Source of the DNA: an uncultured Candidatus Saccharibacteria bacterium
Lineage (GTDB): Bacteria > Patescibacteriota > Minisyncoccia > RBG-13-40-8-A
DNA: 64,000 nt
Direction of reading: 5' to 3'
Assembly (NCBI GenBank): GCA_965231075.1
Contig: OZ246412.1
Span: forward strand, 321,587-385,586
Below the pieces are notes generated by a model. It was not told where the DNA came from, searched no databases, and saw only the letters and a program-made list of their open reading frames with translations. This document shows positions 48,434 to 58,072 of the stretch, piece by piece. The number at the start of each line of letters is the position of its first letter. Position 1 is the first letter of the stretch. The position numbers were made by a program, and so were the translations under genes.

Positions 48434-49474
48434 CTAAGCAGCAACGTACTTACCGTCTTCCATTCTTCTGACTTTCGGAGAACGGTGAAGATTTAAAACA
48501 ATTGTATTTGGTCTCACCTGTCTTTTTTGTAGAACCAAATCAACAATCTCTTTCTTGGTTAACGGTTTTTTGTTTTCTGATAAAACCTTATAAATGACAT
48601 CTTCTACGGTTCCTGATTCATATCCCCATTCGTTAAGTGCATAGGTTCCGCGTCCAATTAAAATAAATCTCGGATCTTTGATTAGTTCGTTGTGAACTGT
48701 TTGGGTATATGCTGGCTTATCTACGAAGGTTTTGTTAATCAATTCTGTGATTGCTGTGAAGTGTTTGGGATTACCGTCTTTCTTTAATAATAAATAAGCT
48801 CGATCCTTCACTCCTTGTGGAGTAATGTCTGGCCATAAACTCAGGCCAATTTCGCCAAAAATATTTTTATTAATATCTCGTGCAATCTCTAAGACAACAC
48901 TAAACATTTTGGGCGGAATATTAGAATGTTTTTTAGAAAGTAAATCCATAACCTCCGTTTCATGAAAAACTTTATTATTCTTTTTGAAATGATCGATTAG
49001 AAAATCAACTATCTTTTGCGCCCTTTCTTTGGCGGTATCGTGACTAATCCAGTAAGGATGGAATTTATTGTCCTTAACCACTCTTTTAAATGGCTCTCCT
49101 ATGGTTAACGTTAAATAAACCTGACCTCTTATTGGACGTAATTCTTTTGTTCCAGTTGCTAAAGAATACAAATAATCTTCACCCATAATGTGTCCGTGTT
49201 CGGCAAATAGTTCATTCAAAAAATCAAAAGCGGCATTAAATAATGGTAACACTTTGTCGGATTTTAATATTTTTAATCCGTTTTCTTCTAATTGTCTCAC
49301 CCGTTCTCTGGTTATGCCATGATCTTTACCGATCGCCTCTAATGTTTCAGTTTTACCATCTTTTAAGCCAAATCTGCGCTCAACAACTTCCCGAACCCTA
49401 GGATTGGTTAGGTAATTGATGGCTTTTTCAATTTTTTTAGAAATATCTTTAGAAAAAGTTGATTTTTTTGACAT
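48434..49474 (-). CDS. sigma70 region-4 HTH plus winged-helix (RNAP delta/HARE-like) protein
   Basis: RFGL...ETLEAIG....ITRERVRQ; VHNELI...RFILIGRG.YAL.EW. Confidence 0.8.
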   Translation of the reverse strand: MSKKSTFSKDISKKIEKAINYLTNPRVREVVERRFGLKDGKTETLEAIGKDHGITRERVRQLEENGLKILKSDKVLPLFNAAFDFLNELFAEHGHIMGEDYLYSLATGTKELRPIRGQVYLTLTIGEPFKRVVKDNKFHPYWISHDTAKERAQKIVDFLIDHFKKNNKVFHETEVMDLLSKKHSNIPPKMFSVVLEIARDINKNIFGEIGLSLWPDITPQGVKDRAYLLLKKDGNPKHFTAITELINKTFVDKPAYTQTVHNELIKDPRFILIGRGTYALNEWGYESGTVEDVIYKVLSENKKPLTKKEIVDLVLQKRQVRPNTIVLNLHRSPKVRRMEDGKYVAA

Positions 49475-49579
49475 ACATTTTTTATCCCTCTTTTATTAAA
49501 AGATTATATTTTTTATAAATATAATATACTATATTAAAAATAACCTGTCAAGCCTGCTCCGACCCCGCGTTAGGGCCTT

Positions 49580-50467
49580 TTAATTCTTGCCCTTAAGTCC
49601 CCAAGAAACTAAAATTGAACTAGCGACAAATAAAGAAGTGTAGGTTCCAACAATAATCCCCACGATTAAAGTTAATGAGAAATATTTTAGTGTTTCTCCC
49701 CCCAGGAAGAACAAAACAAACAAAACAATCAACGTACAGGCTCCTGTACTTAACGATCTACCAAGTATTTGGTTTAAGCTTTTATTAACCGTATCAGAAA
49801 AATTATCGGATCTTTCTTTTAAAATATTCTCTCTTACTCGATCAAAAACAATAACCTTGTCATTGATCGTGTAACCTAAAATAGTTAATAGTGCTGCAAC
49901 AATCGCTACGTTGAATTGCACATTATAAAATCTTCCCAACAAAATTAAAACCAATAAAGTCACAATTAGGTCCAATAAAAGCGTGACGATAGAGACAATC
50001 CCATATTGCCAACTAGCAATTGGCCACTTTAATTTCCTAAAAGAAATGGCAATATAGGTCAACAAAGAAACCAAAGAAATAACCGCTAGAGCGATGGTTT
50101 TGTCTTTTAATTCCCTGCCAATGGTTGGACCAATGCTTTCAAATCTTTTCTCTTGTATCGGTGAAATTTCGTTTAACTTGGAAAGCATTTCTTGATGCGT
50201 GTCTTCGTTAATATCTTTAAATCTCAAAATCACACCATTATTATCGGTTGGTTGGATAACAATTTCGCCTAAATTAAAACTGTTCAACTTTTCTTGAATT
50301 GCAGCATTAGTCGGCCTATTTTCGAAGTTTACCTCCCAAAGTGTTCCACCTAGAAAATCGATACCTAAATTTAAGCCAAATATCATCAAACAACCAATTG
50401 TTGCCAATATCAACACGATGGCGAAAAAATAATTTAACTTATGATATTTGATAAAATTTATTTTCAT
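49580..50467 (-). CDS. secF: protein translocase subunit SecF
   Basis: LGIDFLGG, IGPTIG.EL, GYTIND..IVFDRVRE. Confidence 0.95.
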   Translation of the reverse strand: MKINFIKYHKLNYFFAIVLILATIGCLMIFGLNLGIDFLGGTLWEVNFENRPTNAAIQEKLNSFNLGEIVIQPTDNNGVILRFKDINEDTHQEMLSKLNEISPIQEKRFESIGPTIGRELKDKTIALAVISLVSLLTYIAISFRKLKWPIASWQYGIVSIVTLLLDLIVTLLVLILLGRFYNVQFNVAIVAALLTILGYTINDKVIVFDRVRENILKERSDNFSDTVNKSLNQILGRSLSTGACTLIVLFVLFFLGGETLKYFSLTLIVGIIVGTYTSLFVASSILVSWGLKGKN

Positions 50468-51870
50468 AGCCAGATTTTCTTTCTTCCTTCTCTTGATCCA
50501 GAAAAGAATTTAATTAAATATTTAGTAATGATAATTGCAGAAAATATACTAATAATGTTTCCCAAGATAAGTGTTAGTGCAAATCCTTTAACAAATCCTG
50601 TGCCAAATAAAAATAAAATAATTCCCACTAAAATTGTCGTAAAATTACCATCACGAATCGATGACCACGCCTTTTTAATTCCATTGTCCAGCGCATCTGA
50701 AAAATGTCTTCCTTGTTGTAGCTCTTCTTTGGTACGAGAAAATATTAAAATATTGGCATCCACGGCCATACCCATTGATAATAAAAATCCAGCGATACCA
50801 GCCAAGGTCAGGGTTACCGGAACAAGCTTAAATACGCTTAATAATGTAACAATGTAAATAATTAAAGAAATCGAAGCAAATAGCCCGCTTAATCGGTAAA
50901 ACACAATCATGAATAAAAATATAATCAAAAATCCGATAATTCCCGCTTTTAAGCTCTGGTTTAATGATTCTTGACCTAAAGAGGCCTCAATGTTTTGTTG
51001 GCTAACCAAGTTGATTGGTACTGGCAATGCCCCGGCGTTTAATCTTTCAGCAAGTTGTTTGGCTTCTTTCTGGGTAAAATTACCACTGATTTGCGCCTTG
51101 CCACTGGGAATTTCTTCGTTGACAGTTGGGATGCTTATTGGCGCTCCATCAAGATAAATTGCCAGTTTTTTACCGATGTTTTTCTTAGTTAATTCAGCAA
51201 ATAACTTTGTGCCCTCGTCATTAAAATCCAAAGTAACGTATGGTTGAATTGTGGTCTGATCAAAAGTTAATTGTGAATTCTTTAAGAATCTTCCGGTAAG
51301 TTGAGTGGAAACAAAATATGGATCAAGCATTAATGCATTTTCATCGCCCGCTTCTTGGGCTTTTAAAATCGCGTCTGTTTCTTCAGCACTTCTTTCTTCC
51401 TTGAATTCCAAATAAGGTGTTTCGCCAATCATTTTAATGGCTTCGTGGGTATCTTTAACCCCTGGTAAATCAACGATTAGTCGGTAGGAGTCCTCGGTTT
51501 TGTTAATTTGAACAATTGCCTCAGAAACACCAAACATATTTACTCTTCTCTCGATGACATCTCGGATACCACTTAAAGAACCGTCTCGATCTGCTTCATC
51601 GATACTGGAAAGATCAGCCAAATAAATTAAATGTGTCCCGCCCTGTAGATCTAGTCCCAATTTGAATGGCACCTTAAAAAATGTGGGCAATCCTAGATGG
51701 ATATTGTCGTTAATCCAATTAACTGAACTGTCCCAGATTTTGGGATATACTAAACTTCCTGTTAAAACAACAAAAATAAAAATCCCTAGCACAATAAGCC
51801 GGATTTTATTTTTTTGTTTTACTGCATGTCCTGTTTTTGGGACAACGGATTGATTCTTTATAAATGCCAT
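50464..51870 (-). CDS. secD: protein translocase subunit SecD
   Basis: LGLDLQGG, AGALP, GMAVDANILI, VKGFA. Confidence 0.95.
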   Translation of the reverse strand: MAFIKNQSVVPKTGHAVKQKNKIRLIVLGIFIFVVLTGSLVYPKIWDSSVNWINDNIHLGLPTFFKVPFKLGLDLQGGTHLIYLADLSSIDEADRDGSLSGIRDVIERRVNMFGVSEAIVQINKTEDSYRLIVDLPGVKDTHEAIKMIGETPYLEFKEERSAEETDAILKAQEAGDENALMLDPYFVSTQLTGRFLKNSQLTFDQTTIQPYVTLDFNDEGTKLFAELTKKNIGKKLAIYLDGAPISIPTVNEEIPSGKAQISGNFTQKEAKQLAERLNAGALPVPINLVSQQNIEASLGQESLNQSLKAGIIGFLIIFLFMIVFYRLSGLFASISLIIYIVTLLSVFKLVPVTLTLAGIAGFLLSMGMAVDANILIFSRTKEELQQGRHFSDALDNGIKKAWSSIRDGNFTTILVGIILFLFGTGFVKGFALTLILGNIISIFSAIIITKYLIKFFSGSREGRKKIWL

Positions 51871-51915
51871 AGAAATTCTATCCTACAATAAAAAAATTTT
51901 TTTGTAAACCCTTGA

Positions 51916-52014
51916 TCACTTAATTGAAGAAAACAGCATAATACTTGCGATTATAATCCCAATAATCGCGACCGCGTAAAGTACTTCTAAAAGACTAAAT
52001 TTTTTAAATTTCAT
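51916..52014 (-). CDS. 32-aa prepilin-like peptide, below ORF-track cutoff
   Basis: MKFKKFSLLEVLYAVAIIGIIIASIMLFSSIK; TATAAT 6 nt upstream of ATG. Confidence 0.6.
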   Translation of the reverse strand: MKFKKFSLLEVLYAVAIIGIIIASIMLFSSIK

Positions 52015-52075
52015 AAATTTATTATAACACAAAAAAACAATAATAATAACAAGTCAAGTAGTAATGTTTCTCCTA

Positions 52076-52145
52076 TTGACAAAAGGCAACCAAAATGTTA
52101 TACTTATGGTGTAGTTGAAATACACTACTATTCTGAAAAGGAGGT
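52076..52145 (+). promoter_or_regulatory. promoter plus SD of cassette 5
   Basis: TTGACA 52076-52081, 17 nt, TATACT 52099-52104; AAAGGAGGT 52137-52145. Confidence 0.85.
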
Positions 52146-52149
52146 CGAT

Positions 52150-52545
52150 ATGACCAAGAAAATCCTTTACGCTCTTTTCATCGTGTTCGTGGTCGGTATC
52201 CTGGCCAACGCCGGGTACCACATCGGCGAGATCTGGGGTTCGGTCCAGGGGGACGTCGTCGACCCCACGTTCGTCCAGAGCTTTCTGGCCGGACCGGACA
52301 AGGTTCTCGATTTCGAGAAGGACATCGATTCGACAGTCCAGGGAATCGTCTTCACGTTACTGGGAATCCCCTTCCTGGTCATCGTGCTTCTTCTCTGGAT
52401 CGTCTACTTCCTGTTCTTCGGAGAGCTGTTCCGGTTCATCGGGGTTCTCCCGTCGATCCTGGCCACGCTGGCCAGCATCGTGATCGCGGTGATCTGCCTC
52501 AAGCGGAGCCGCGAGAACAAGACCACAACCACGACCACGACCTGA
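52150..52545 (+). CDS. GC-rich membrane protein (3 TM), unknown function
   Basis: Hydrophobic segments, poly-Thr tail, own promoter/SD/terminator. Confidence 0.75.
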   Translation: MTKKILYALFIVFVVGILANAGYHIGEIWGSVQGDVVDPTFVQSFLAGPDKVLDFEKDIDSTVQGIVFTLLGIPFLVIVLLLWIVYFLFFGELFRFIGVLPSILATLASIVIAVICLKRSRENKTTTTTTT

Positions 52546-52573
52546 TCCTTCGGTCCTCGGAGGGGGACCAAAT

Positions 52574-52604
52574 GGGCCAAGCGCAAGCGCTTGGCCCTAT
52601 TTTA
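52574..52604 (+). terminator. terminator of cassette 5
   Basis: GGGCCAAGC-GCAAGC-GCTTGGCCC then TATTTTT. Confidence 0.85.
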
Positions 52605-52615
52605 TTTCTTTAAAA

Positions 52616-53635
52616 TTATTCGTATCTTTTTAGATCATCTTTAACCCTTTTAATAAACTTGCCGAACTGACGATCCTTTTGTCTTTTTTCTAGTTTATCC
52701 ATTTCGTAATATTCGGCCTCTTTCTTCAAATTGATATAATTATTGTATTGTTTTTTATCGAGCTCATTGGATTCAACAGCCGACAGAACCCTACATCCCG
52801 GTTCATGAGTATGTGTACAGTCAGCGTATTTGCACTCATTAGCTAAAACCGTTATTTTATCAAAAAAATTATCTATCCCTGTACTTATATCAGTTACCCC
52901 TACCTTGCGCATCCCGGGATTGTCTATAACCATGGCTCCGTTTTTTAGAAAAAACATTTCTCGGTTTGTGGTAACGTGTTTTCCTCTATTCGAATAAGTG
53001 CTAATGCTTTCAGTTTTAATAATATCTTCTTCGAGCAATTTGTTAATCAAAGAAGATTTCCCCACCCCCGAAGAACCAAGAAAACAATAGGTTTTATCTT
53101 TAATTAAATATTTTTTTAATTCATTTAGTCCTTCGTCTTTAATAACACTGGTGGGAATAAAATCAACGTCGGGAAATCGATTTTTTATTTCTAATATTTT
53201 TGAATTTAATTCTTCTTCTGTAATTAAGTCTGTTTTATTTAATATGATCACGGGCCTTATTCCTCCGTCGTTGACCATTGTGATATATCTTTCAAAGCGA
53301 TTTAAATTGTAATCCCTGCCAATCGATTCAACGATAAATGCCACATCAATATTTGTGGCAATAACTTGGTTCTCGTTTTTATCAACATATTTTCTTTTGA
53401 TAATCGTTCTTCTCGGCAATATTTTGCGGATTACTGCTTGCTCTTCGTTGAGTTCATCGATTTCTACCCAATCGCCAACGGCTGGATAATCTTCTCGGGA
53501 GGAAGCAACAAACATTTGCTTGCCGGTTATTTTGGCAAAATATTCTTTGTCTAAATTTTTAACCCGATAACCTCCCCGGTATTCCCCAATCACCCGCGCA
53601 GTTAAATTATTATTCTGTTCTGGTCCAGTTTTCAT
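52616..53635 (-). CDS. rsgA: ribosome small subunit-dependent GTPase
   Basis: PAVGDWV, NKTD, GSSGVGKSSLIN, G.HVTT, D.PG, C...DC.H..EPGC. Confidence 0.93.
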   Translation of the reverse strand: MKTGPEQNNNLTARVIGEYRGGYRVKNLDKEYFAKITGKQMFVASSREDYPAVGDWVEIDELNEEQAVIRKILPRRTIIKRKYVDKNENQVIATNIDVAFIVESIGRDYNLNRFERYITMVNDGGIRPVIILNKTDLITEEELNSKILEIKNRFPDVDFIPTSVIKDEGLNELKKYLIKDKTYCFLGSSGVGKSSLINKLLEEDIIKTESISTYSNRGKHVTTNREMFFLKNGAMVIDNPGMRKVGVTDISTGIDNFFDKITVLANECKYADCTHTHEPGCRVLSAVESNELDKKQYNNYINLKKEAEYYEMDKLEKRQKDRQFGKFIKRVKDDLKRYE

Positions 53636-53638
53636 TTT

Positions 53639-53917
53639 TTATCTGTTTATATATTTTGCTTTTCTAATCGCGTATTTGGTCATTTCTTGTGCAGATATTC
53701 CAATCATTTCTGCGACCTGTTCAATGTAATCAGGATTTGCCGAATCGTTGCCTTCGTACGGAGCAAAAACTGCAAGATCCCCGATTATATCGTCGGGATT
53801 CATATCTTGTTCGGCAGCGATTTTTTCAATCAAACCATCAATTTCTTCTTCTCTTTGTTCAAAGCTTTTGATTTGTTCTGTTTTTGGTTTAAATGTTGGA
53901 AATTTTTCCTTTCCCAT
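53639..53917 (-). CDS. hypothetical protein
   Basis: 92-aa ORF tightly packed in the run after secA. Confidence 0.6.
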   Translation of the reverse strand: MGKEKFPTFKPKTEQIKSFEQREEEIDGLIEKIAAEQDMNPDDIIGDLAVFAPYEGNDSANPDYIEQVAEMIGISAQEMTKYAIRKAKYINR

Positions 53918-53924
53918 AATATTT

Positions 53925-54314
53925 TTACGTCTTATATTTTTCTACTATTTCGGTAGATACTATTTTTGCCTTAATTGTTTTATGTTCCAACTGGAATGCT
54001 TTTACGAGACGATGAACACCGTCGATTATCAACCATTTATCGTTTTTGTTTAATAACAGAATTGGAAATTGTAAATCGGCTTGCTCGACTCTTTGTTGGT
54101 GACCCATGCTCCCGTCAATTTTATTGATAACATCCCAAGGAGTTAAATTCCAGTCATCTGTTCCATCTTTTGCCCAAAATGGTATATCAAAGTTCCATAT
54201 TAATTTATCAATCTCGAAATCAACAACCGGCAAATCTAATTCTTGTATTTTCTTCACATCGCAATAAATTTCATATCCCGCATCAGTCAAAATTTTAGGT
54301 CTTTTCTCTGCCAT
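53925..54314 (-). CDS. ParB/Srx-like domain protein
   Basis: ADL.FPILL...IIDG.HRL.KA. Confidence 0.75.
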   Translation of the reverse strand: MAEKRPKILTDAGYEIYCDVKKIQELDLPVVDFEIDKLIWNFDIPFWAKDGTDDWNLTPWDVINKIDGSMGHQQRVEQADLQFPILLLNKNDKWLIIDGVHRLVKAFQLEHKTIKAKIVSTEIVEKYKT

Positions 54315-54320
54315 AACATA

Positions 54321-56750
54321 TTATTCCCCGCAACACTTTTTATACTTTTTCCCTGACCCACACGGGCAGGGATCGTTTCTGCCAACATGTTTTTTGATTT
54401 GAGTATTTTGATCATTAGATTTTCTTTGGTCATTGGCCATTGAAAATTGGGGATTTTGTTTTAGTTCCACCCTCAATAACATTTCTACAATCGAATTATT
54501 AATTTCGTCCATCATTTTACCAAACAATCGATGACCTTCGTTTTTGTATTCCACTAGTGGATCTTTTTGTCCGTAAGCGCGCAAATTTACGCTGTCGCGC
54601 AAACATTCCATTGTCTCTAAATGTTCCATCCAAAGCATGTCAATTGCTCTTAACATGACAAATTTTTCTAAATTACCTTTTTCGTTTTCGGGAGTTTCTT
54701 GGATTTTTCCCTCGTATTGTTTTAATTCTTCCTCGTTCATCAATTCCTTAACCTTGTTGTGAATTTCTTCATTTGTAGAATCAAATAAAATTTCCTTGCG
54801 CATATTATAAACCGCAGTTCTTTGTTTGTTCATTACTTCGTCATAATCTAAAACATGTTTTCGAATATCAAAATTATATCCTTCAATCTTTGCTTGTGCT
54901 TTTTCAATCGCGCTAGAAATCATTTTGTTTTCAATGGGCATGTCTTCAGGCACTTTCAGCATGTCCATCAACCCTTTAATTCTATCTGAACCAAATCTCT
55001 GCATTAATTCATCTTCTAAAGATACAAAAAACTGTGTTTCTCCTGGATCTCCTTGCCTTCCCGATCTTCCTCTTAATTGATTATCAATTCTTCTGGCTTC
55101 GTGTCTTTCGGTGCCCAAAACATATAAACCTCCCGCCTCTTTAACCTTCTGCGCTTCTTCTGTATCTTGTGGCACGCCCCCCAAAACAATATCAACTCCA
55201 CGACCCGCCATGTTAGTAGCCACTGTGACTGCGCCCAACTTACCGGCCTGGGCAACAATCGCTCCTTCCTGTTCGTGTTGCTTGGCATTCAAGATTTCGC
55301 ATCTAATACCTTCTCTTTTCAATAACATGCCTAAATATTCATTTTTTTCAATTGAAATCGTACCAATTAAAACTGGTTGCCCCTTAGCATGCCTTTTTTT
55401 GGTTTCTTCAACAATGGCTTTAAATTTTCCTTTTTCGGTTTTGTAGATTTGGTCTTGTAAATCCTTTCTCACCATGGGGTTGTTCGTGGGAATAACAATT
55501 GTGTCTAGTTTGTAAACCTTATCAAATTCTTCGGAATTGCTTAAAGCCGTTCCAGTCATGCCGGCCAATTTTTTATACATTCTAAAATAATTTTGAAAAG
55601 TAATTGTCGCTAGAGTTTTAGATTCTTTTTGTACAATAACATTCTCCTTGGCCTCAATGGCTTGATGCAAACCGCCAGAATATCTTCGGCCAGGCATTAA
55701 TCGTCCAGTAAATTCATCAACAATTATAATCTCGCCATCTTTAACAACATATTCTTTGTCTTTTTTAAACAAAACCTCTGCACGCAATGCCTGTTCTAAA
55801 TGATGAACAATCTGAATTCCTGTTTCCTCATAAATATTACTCATTCCCAAAATCTTTTCCATTTTATCCATGCCAGCATTGGTTAATGTTACTGAACGTT
55901 TTTTTTCATCAATTTTATAATCGATATCTTTTTCAAGTCGAGGTACAATCTTTGAGAATTTTTTGTATAAATCTGCTGATTCAGTGTCAGGCGCAGAAAT
56001 AATTAATGGCGTTCGTGCCTCATCAATCAAAATACTATCTACTTCATCAATGATTACGAAATTATGTTCCCGTTGCGAGATTTGTGATTTTTCATAGGCC
56101 ATGTTGTCCCGCAAATAATCAAACCCGAATTCATTGTTCGTGCCATATAAAATATCAGCATCATAGGCTTGTTTTCGAGTGCATGGCTTTAAATAGTCTT
56201 CAACAATTCTGAAGTTTCCCATTGCATCACGAATTTCATCTTTTTCGTTGTTTTTGTATTCAGGATCATAAATATATGATTTCTCATGATTAATACAGGC
56301 TACCGATAGGCCCAAAAAATTATAAACCTGTCCCATCCAAACCATATCTCTTTTTGCTAGATAATCATTAACAGTCACAAGTTGAACTCCCTGACCATCT
56401 AGGGCGTTTAAATAAAGCGCCAAAGTTGCAGTTAAAGTTTTTCCTTCTCCGGTTTTCATTTCAGCGATTTTTCCCTGATGTAGAACAATTCCACCAATTA
56501 ATTGCACGTCGAAATGTCTTTGTTTTAAAGTTCTTTTTGCGGCTTCACGAATATTGGCAAATGCTTCTGGCAAAATATCGTCCAATGTTTCGCCCTCAGT
56601 TAGTCTCTTTTTAAATTCTTCGGTTTTGTCTTTCAGTTCCTGATTTGAAAAATGCTCGAATTTTTGTTCGAGCTCATTTATTTTATCAACCAACATCTGA
56701 ATTTTATTTAAATATTTTTTGTTCGGATCCCCGAATAATTTTTCCAACAT
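54321..56750 (-). CDS. secA: protein translocase ATPase SecA
   Basis: EMKTGEGKT, DEVDSILIDEAR, ATNMAGRG, SEC-C tail. Confidence 0.98.
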   Translation of the reverse strand: MLEKLFGDPNKKYLNKIQMLVDKINELEQKFEHFSNQELKDKTEEFKKRLTEGETLDDILPEAFANIREAAKRTLKQRHFDVQLIGGIVLHQGKIAEMKTGEGKTLTATLALYLNALDGQGVQLVTVNDYLAKRDMVWMGQVYNFLGLSVACINHEKSYIYDPEYKNNEKDEIRDAMGNFRIVEDYLKPCTRKQAYDADILYGTNNEFGFDYLRDNMAYEKSQISQREHNFVIIDEVDSILIDEARTPLIISAPDTESADLYKKFSKIVPRLEKDIDYKIDEKKRSVTLTNAGMDKMEKILGMSNIYEETGIQIVHHLEQALRAEVLFKKDKEYVVKDGEIIIVDEFTGRLMPGRRYSGGLHQAIEAKENVIVQKESKTLATITFQNYFRMYKKLAGMTGTALSNSEEFDKVYKLDTIVIPTNNPMVRKDLQDQIYKTEKGKFKAIVEETKKRHAKGQPVLIGTISIEKNEYLGMLLKREGIRCEILNAKQHEQEGAIVAQAGKLGAVTVATNMAGRGVDIVLGGVPQDTEEAQKVKEAGGLYVLGTERHEARRIDNQLRGRSGRQGDPGETQFFVSLEDELMQRFGSDRIKGLMDMLKVPEDMPIENKMISSAIEKAQAKIEGYNFDIRKHVLDYDEVMNKQRTAVYNMRKEILFDSTNEEIHNKVKELMNEEELKQYEGKIQETPENEKGNLEKFVMLRAIDMLWMEHLETMECLRDSVNLRAYGQKDPLVEYKNEGHRLFGKMMDEINNSIVEMLLRVELKQNPQFSMANDQRKSNDQNTQIKKHVGRNDPCPCGSGKKYKKCCGE

Positions 56751-56850
56751 GTGTTTATTTTATCAGTTTTTTCGTAGAAAAACAAGAGATTTTAAAAAGA
56801 TACATTTTGGATGTATCTTTTTTGGGAAAATAAATCTAAAACTATTGCTT

Positions 56851-57618
56851 TTATTCTTCTTGATTTTTGTCGATTTCACTTAATATTTCATCTTTTTTTA
56901 TGTCCCATTCCTTTTCGGACATTTCTTGGACTGGTTTAAATTTTCCAGGAATTCTGTCTTTGTATGGCGTATCCAGTGATTCATTTAATATATTTTTCAA
57001 TCCTATTTTGTCTTTGCTAAGTATCTCTATTTGACTCTTTAAGTAGTCTATAGTGTTCTTATTAGAGTTTTCATTGATTTTTCTTATATTCTCCTCTATC
57101 AATTTAGTGGCTAAGTCAATTGAGCCAACCAAGATATCTTCGAATTTTTCTCGATTTACTGTTCTGTCTTTAAAGACGTCATCTGTTATGTGGCATTGAT
57201 TGTCTCTAATTTCACGAATTCCATCTAAAAAATCACAAAGTTCTTGTGTAGAAATTGGCAATTTTTTTATATTTTTATGAAGTTCGCTCTCCTTGTTTGA
57301 AACCAAAGAAGTATCAGTAAATAATGGATCTTTTCGTTCGGCAAAAATATGTATTTGTTTGCCATGCTTGTTAAATCCTATTCGATAATGACTTAATAAA
57401 ATATTGTGTGCTATTTTCTTTAATTGCTGGGTTTTTTCTTCTAATTTACGTACTTCTTCTAATATTGGCCCAACTATTTCTGCTGTTTTTGCAGAAATAT
57501 CCTCGAAACACGTATAATATTTCTCTATTGATTTTTGTAATTCGGTTTTTTCTTTTTTGTCATCATCCGCTGATTGAGATTGTATATTTATATTTTCTTT
57601 AGATTTCTTCCTGAACAT
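56851..57618 (-). CDS. hypothetical helical protein
   Basis: 255-aa ORF; terminator-like hairpin at 56793-56824. Confidence 0.65.
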   Translation of the reverse strand: MFRKKSKENINIQSQSADDDKKEKTELQKSIEKYYTCFEDISAKTAEIVGPILEEVRKLEEKTQQLKKIAHNILLSHYRIGFNKHGKQIHIFAERKDPLFTDTSLVSNKESELHKNIKKLPISTQELCDFLDGIREIRDNQCHITDDVFKDRTVNREKFEDILVGSIDLATKLIEENIRKINENSNKNTIDYLKSQIEILSKDKIGLKNILNESLDTPYKDRIPGKFKPVQEMSEKEWDIKKDEILSEIDKNQEE

Positions 57619-57745
57619 TGTATATTTTTACTTATTTATTTTAATTAATCTTCCCTATTTTAATTTTACCCCCCCAGCAGAAAGTCAAGTGTAAACAAAA
57701 AATTCGGAGGTGCAATCTCCGAATTTTATAATCTTTTAACAACAA

Positions 57746-58030
57746 TTATTCCTGTAATTTCAGACCCAACTTTTCAGCGAGTTGAAAGATCCATTTTTCG
57801 TGAATATCCATCTTTGCTTTTATGGCCATTTGTTCTTGATGATAATCTGTAATTAATTTAGCAAGTTTATCAATCGAAGTAGTTAAACTATCAACCCGTT
57901 CTATGAGTACATCCAAATCTTTCTGTTTGGCACATTGATCAATTCGTCCTTCTATTACATCGAACTTCTTGTCTATTTTGACAAACTTTCCATCTAAATA
58001 TTCAACTAATTCACTAAAATCCTTATTCAT
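57746..58030 (-). CDS. small coiled-coil hypothetical protein
   Basis: Heptad pattern; TATAAT 9 nt before ATG; terminator 57699-57727. Confidence 0.7.
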   Translation of the reverse strand: MNKDFSELVEYLDGKFVKIDKKFDVIEGRIDQCAKQKDLDVLIERVDSLTTSIDKLAKLITDYHQEQMAIKAKMDIHEKWIFQLAEKLGLKLQE

Positions 58031-58072
58031 ATAATCTATATTATATTTTTTATAAATTACGATGTCAATGTC

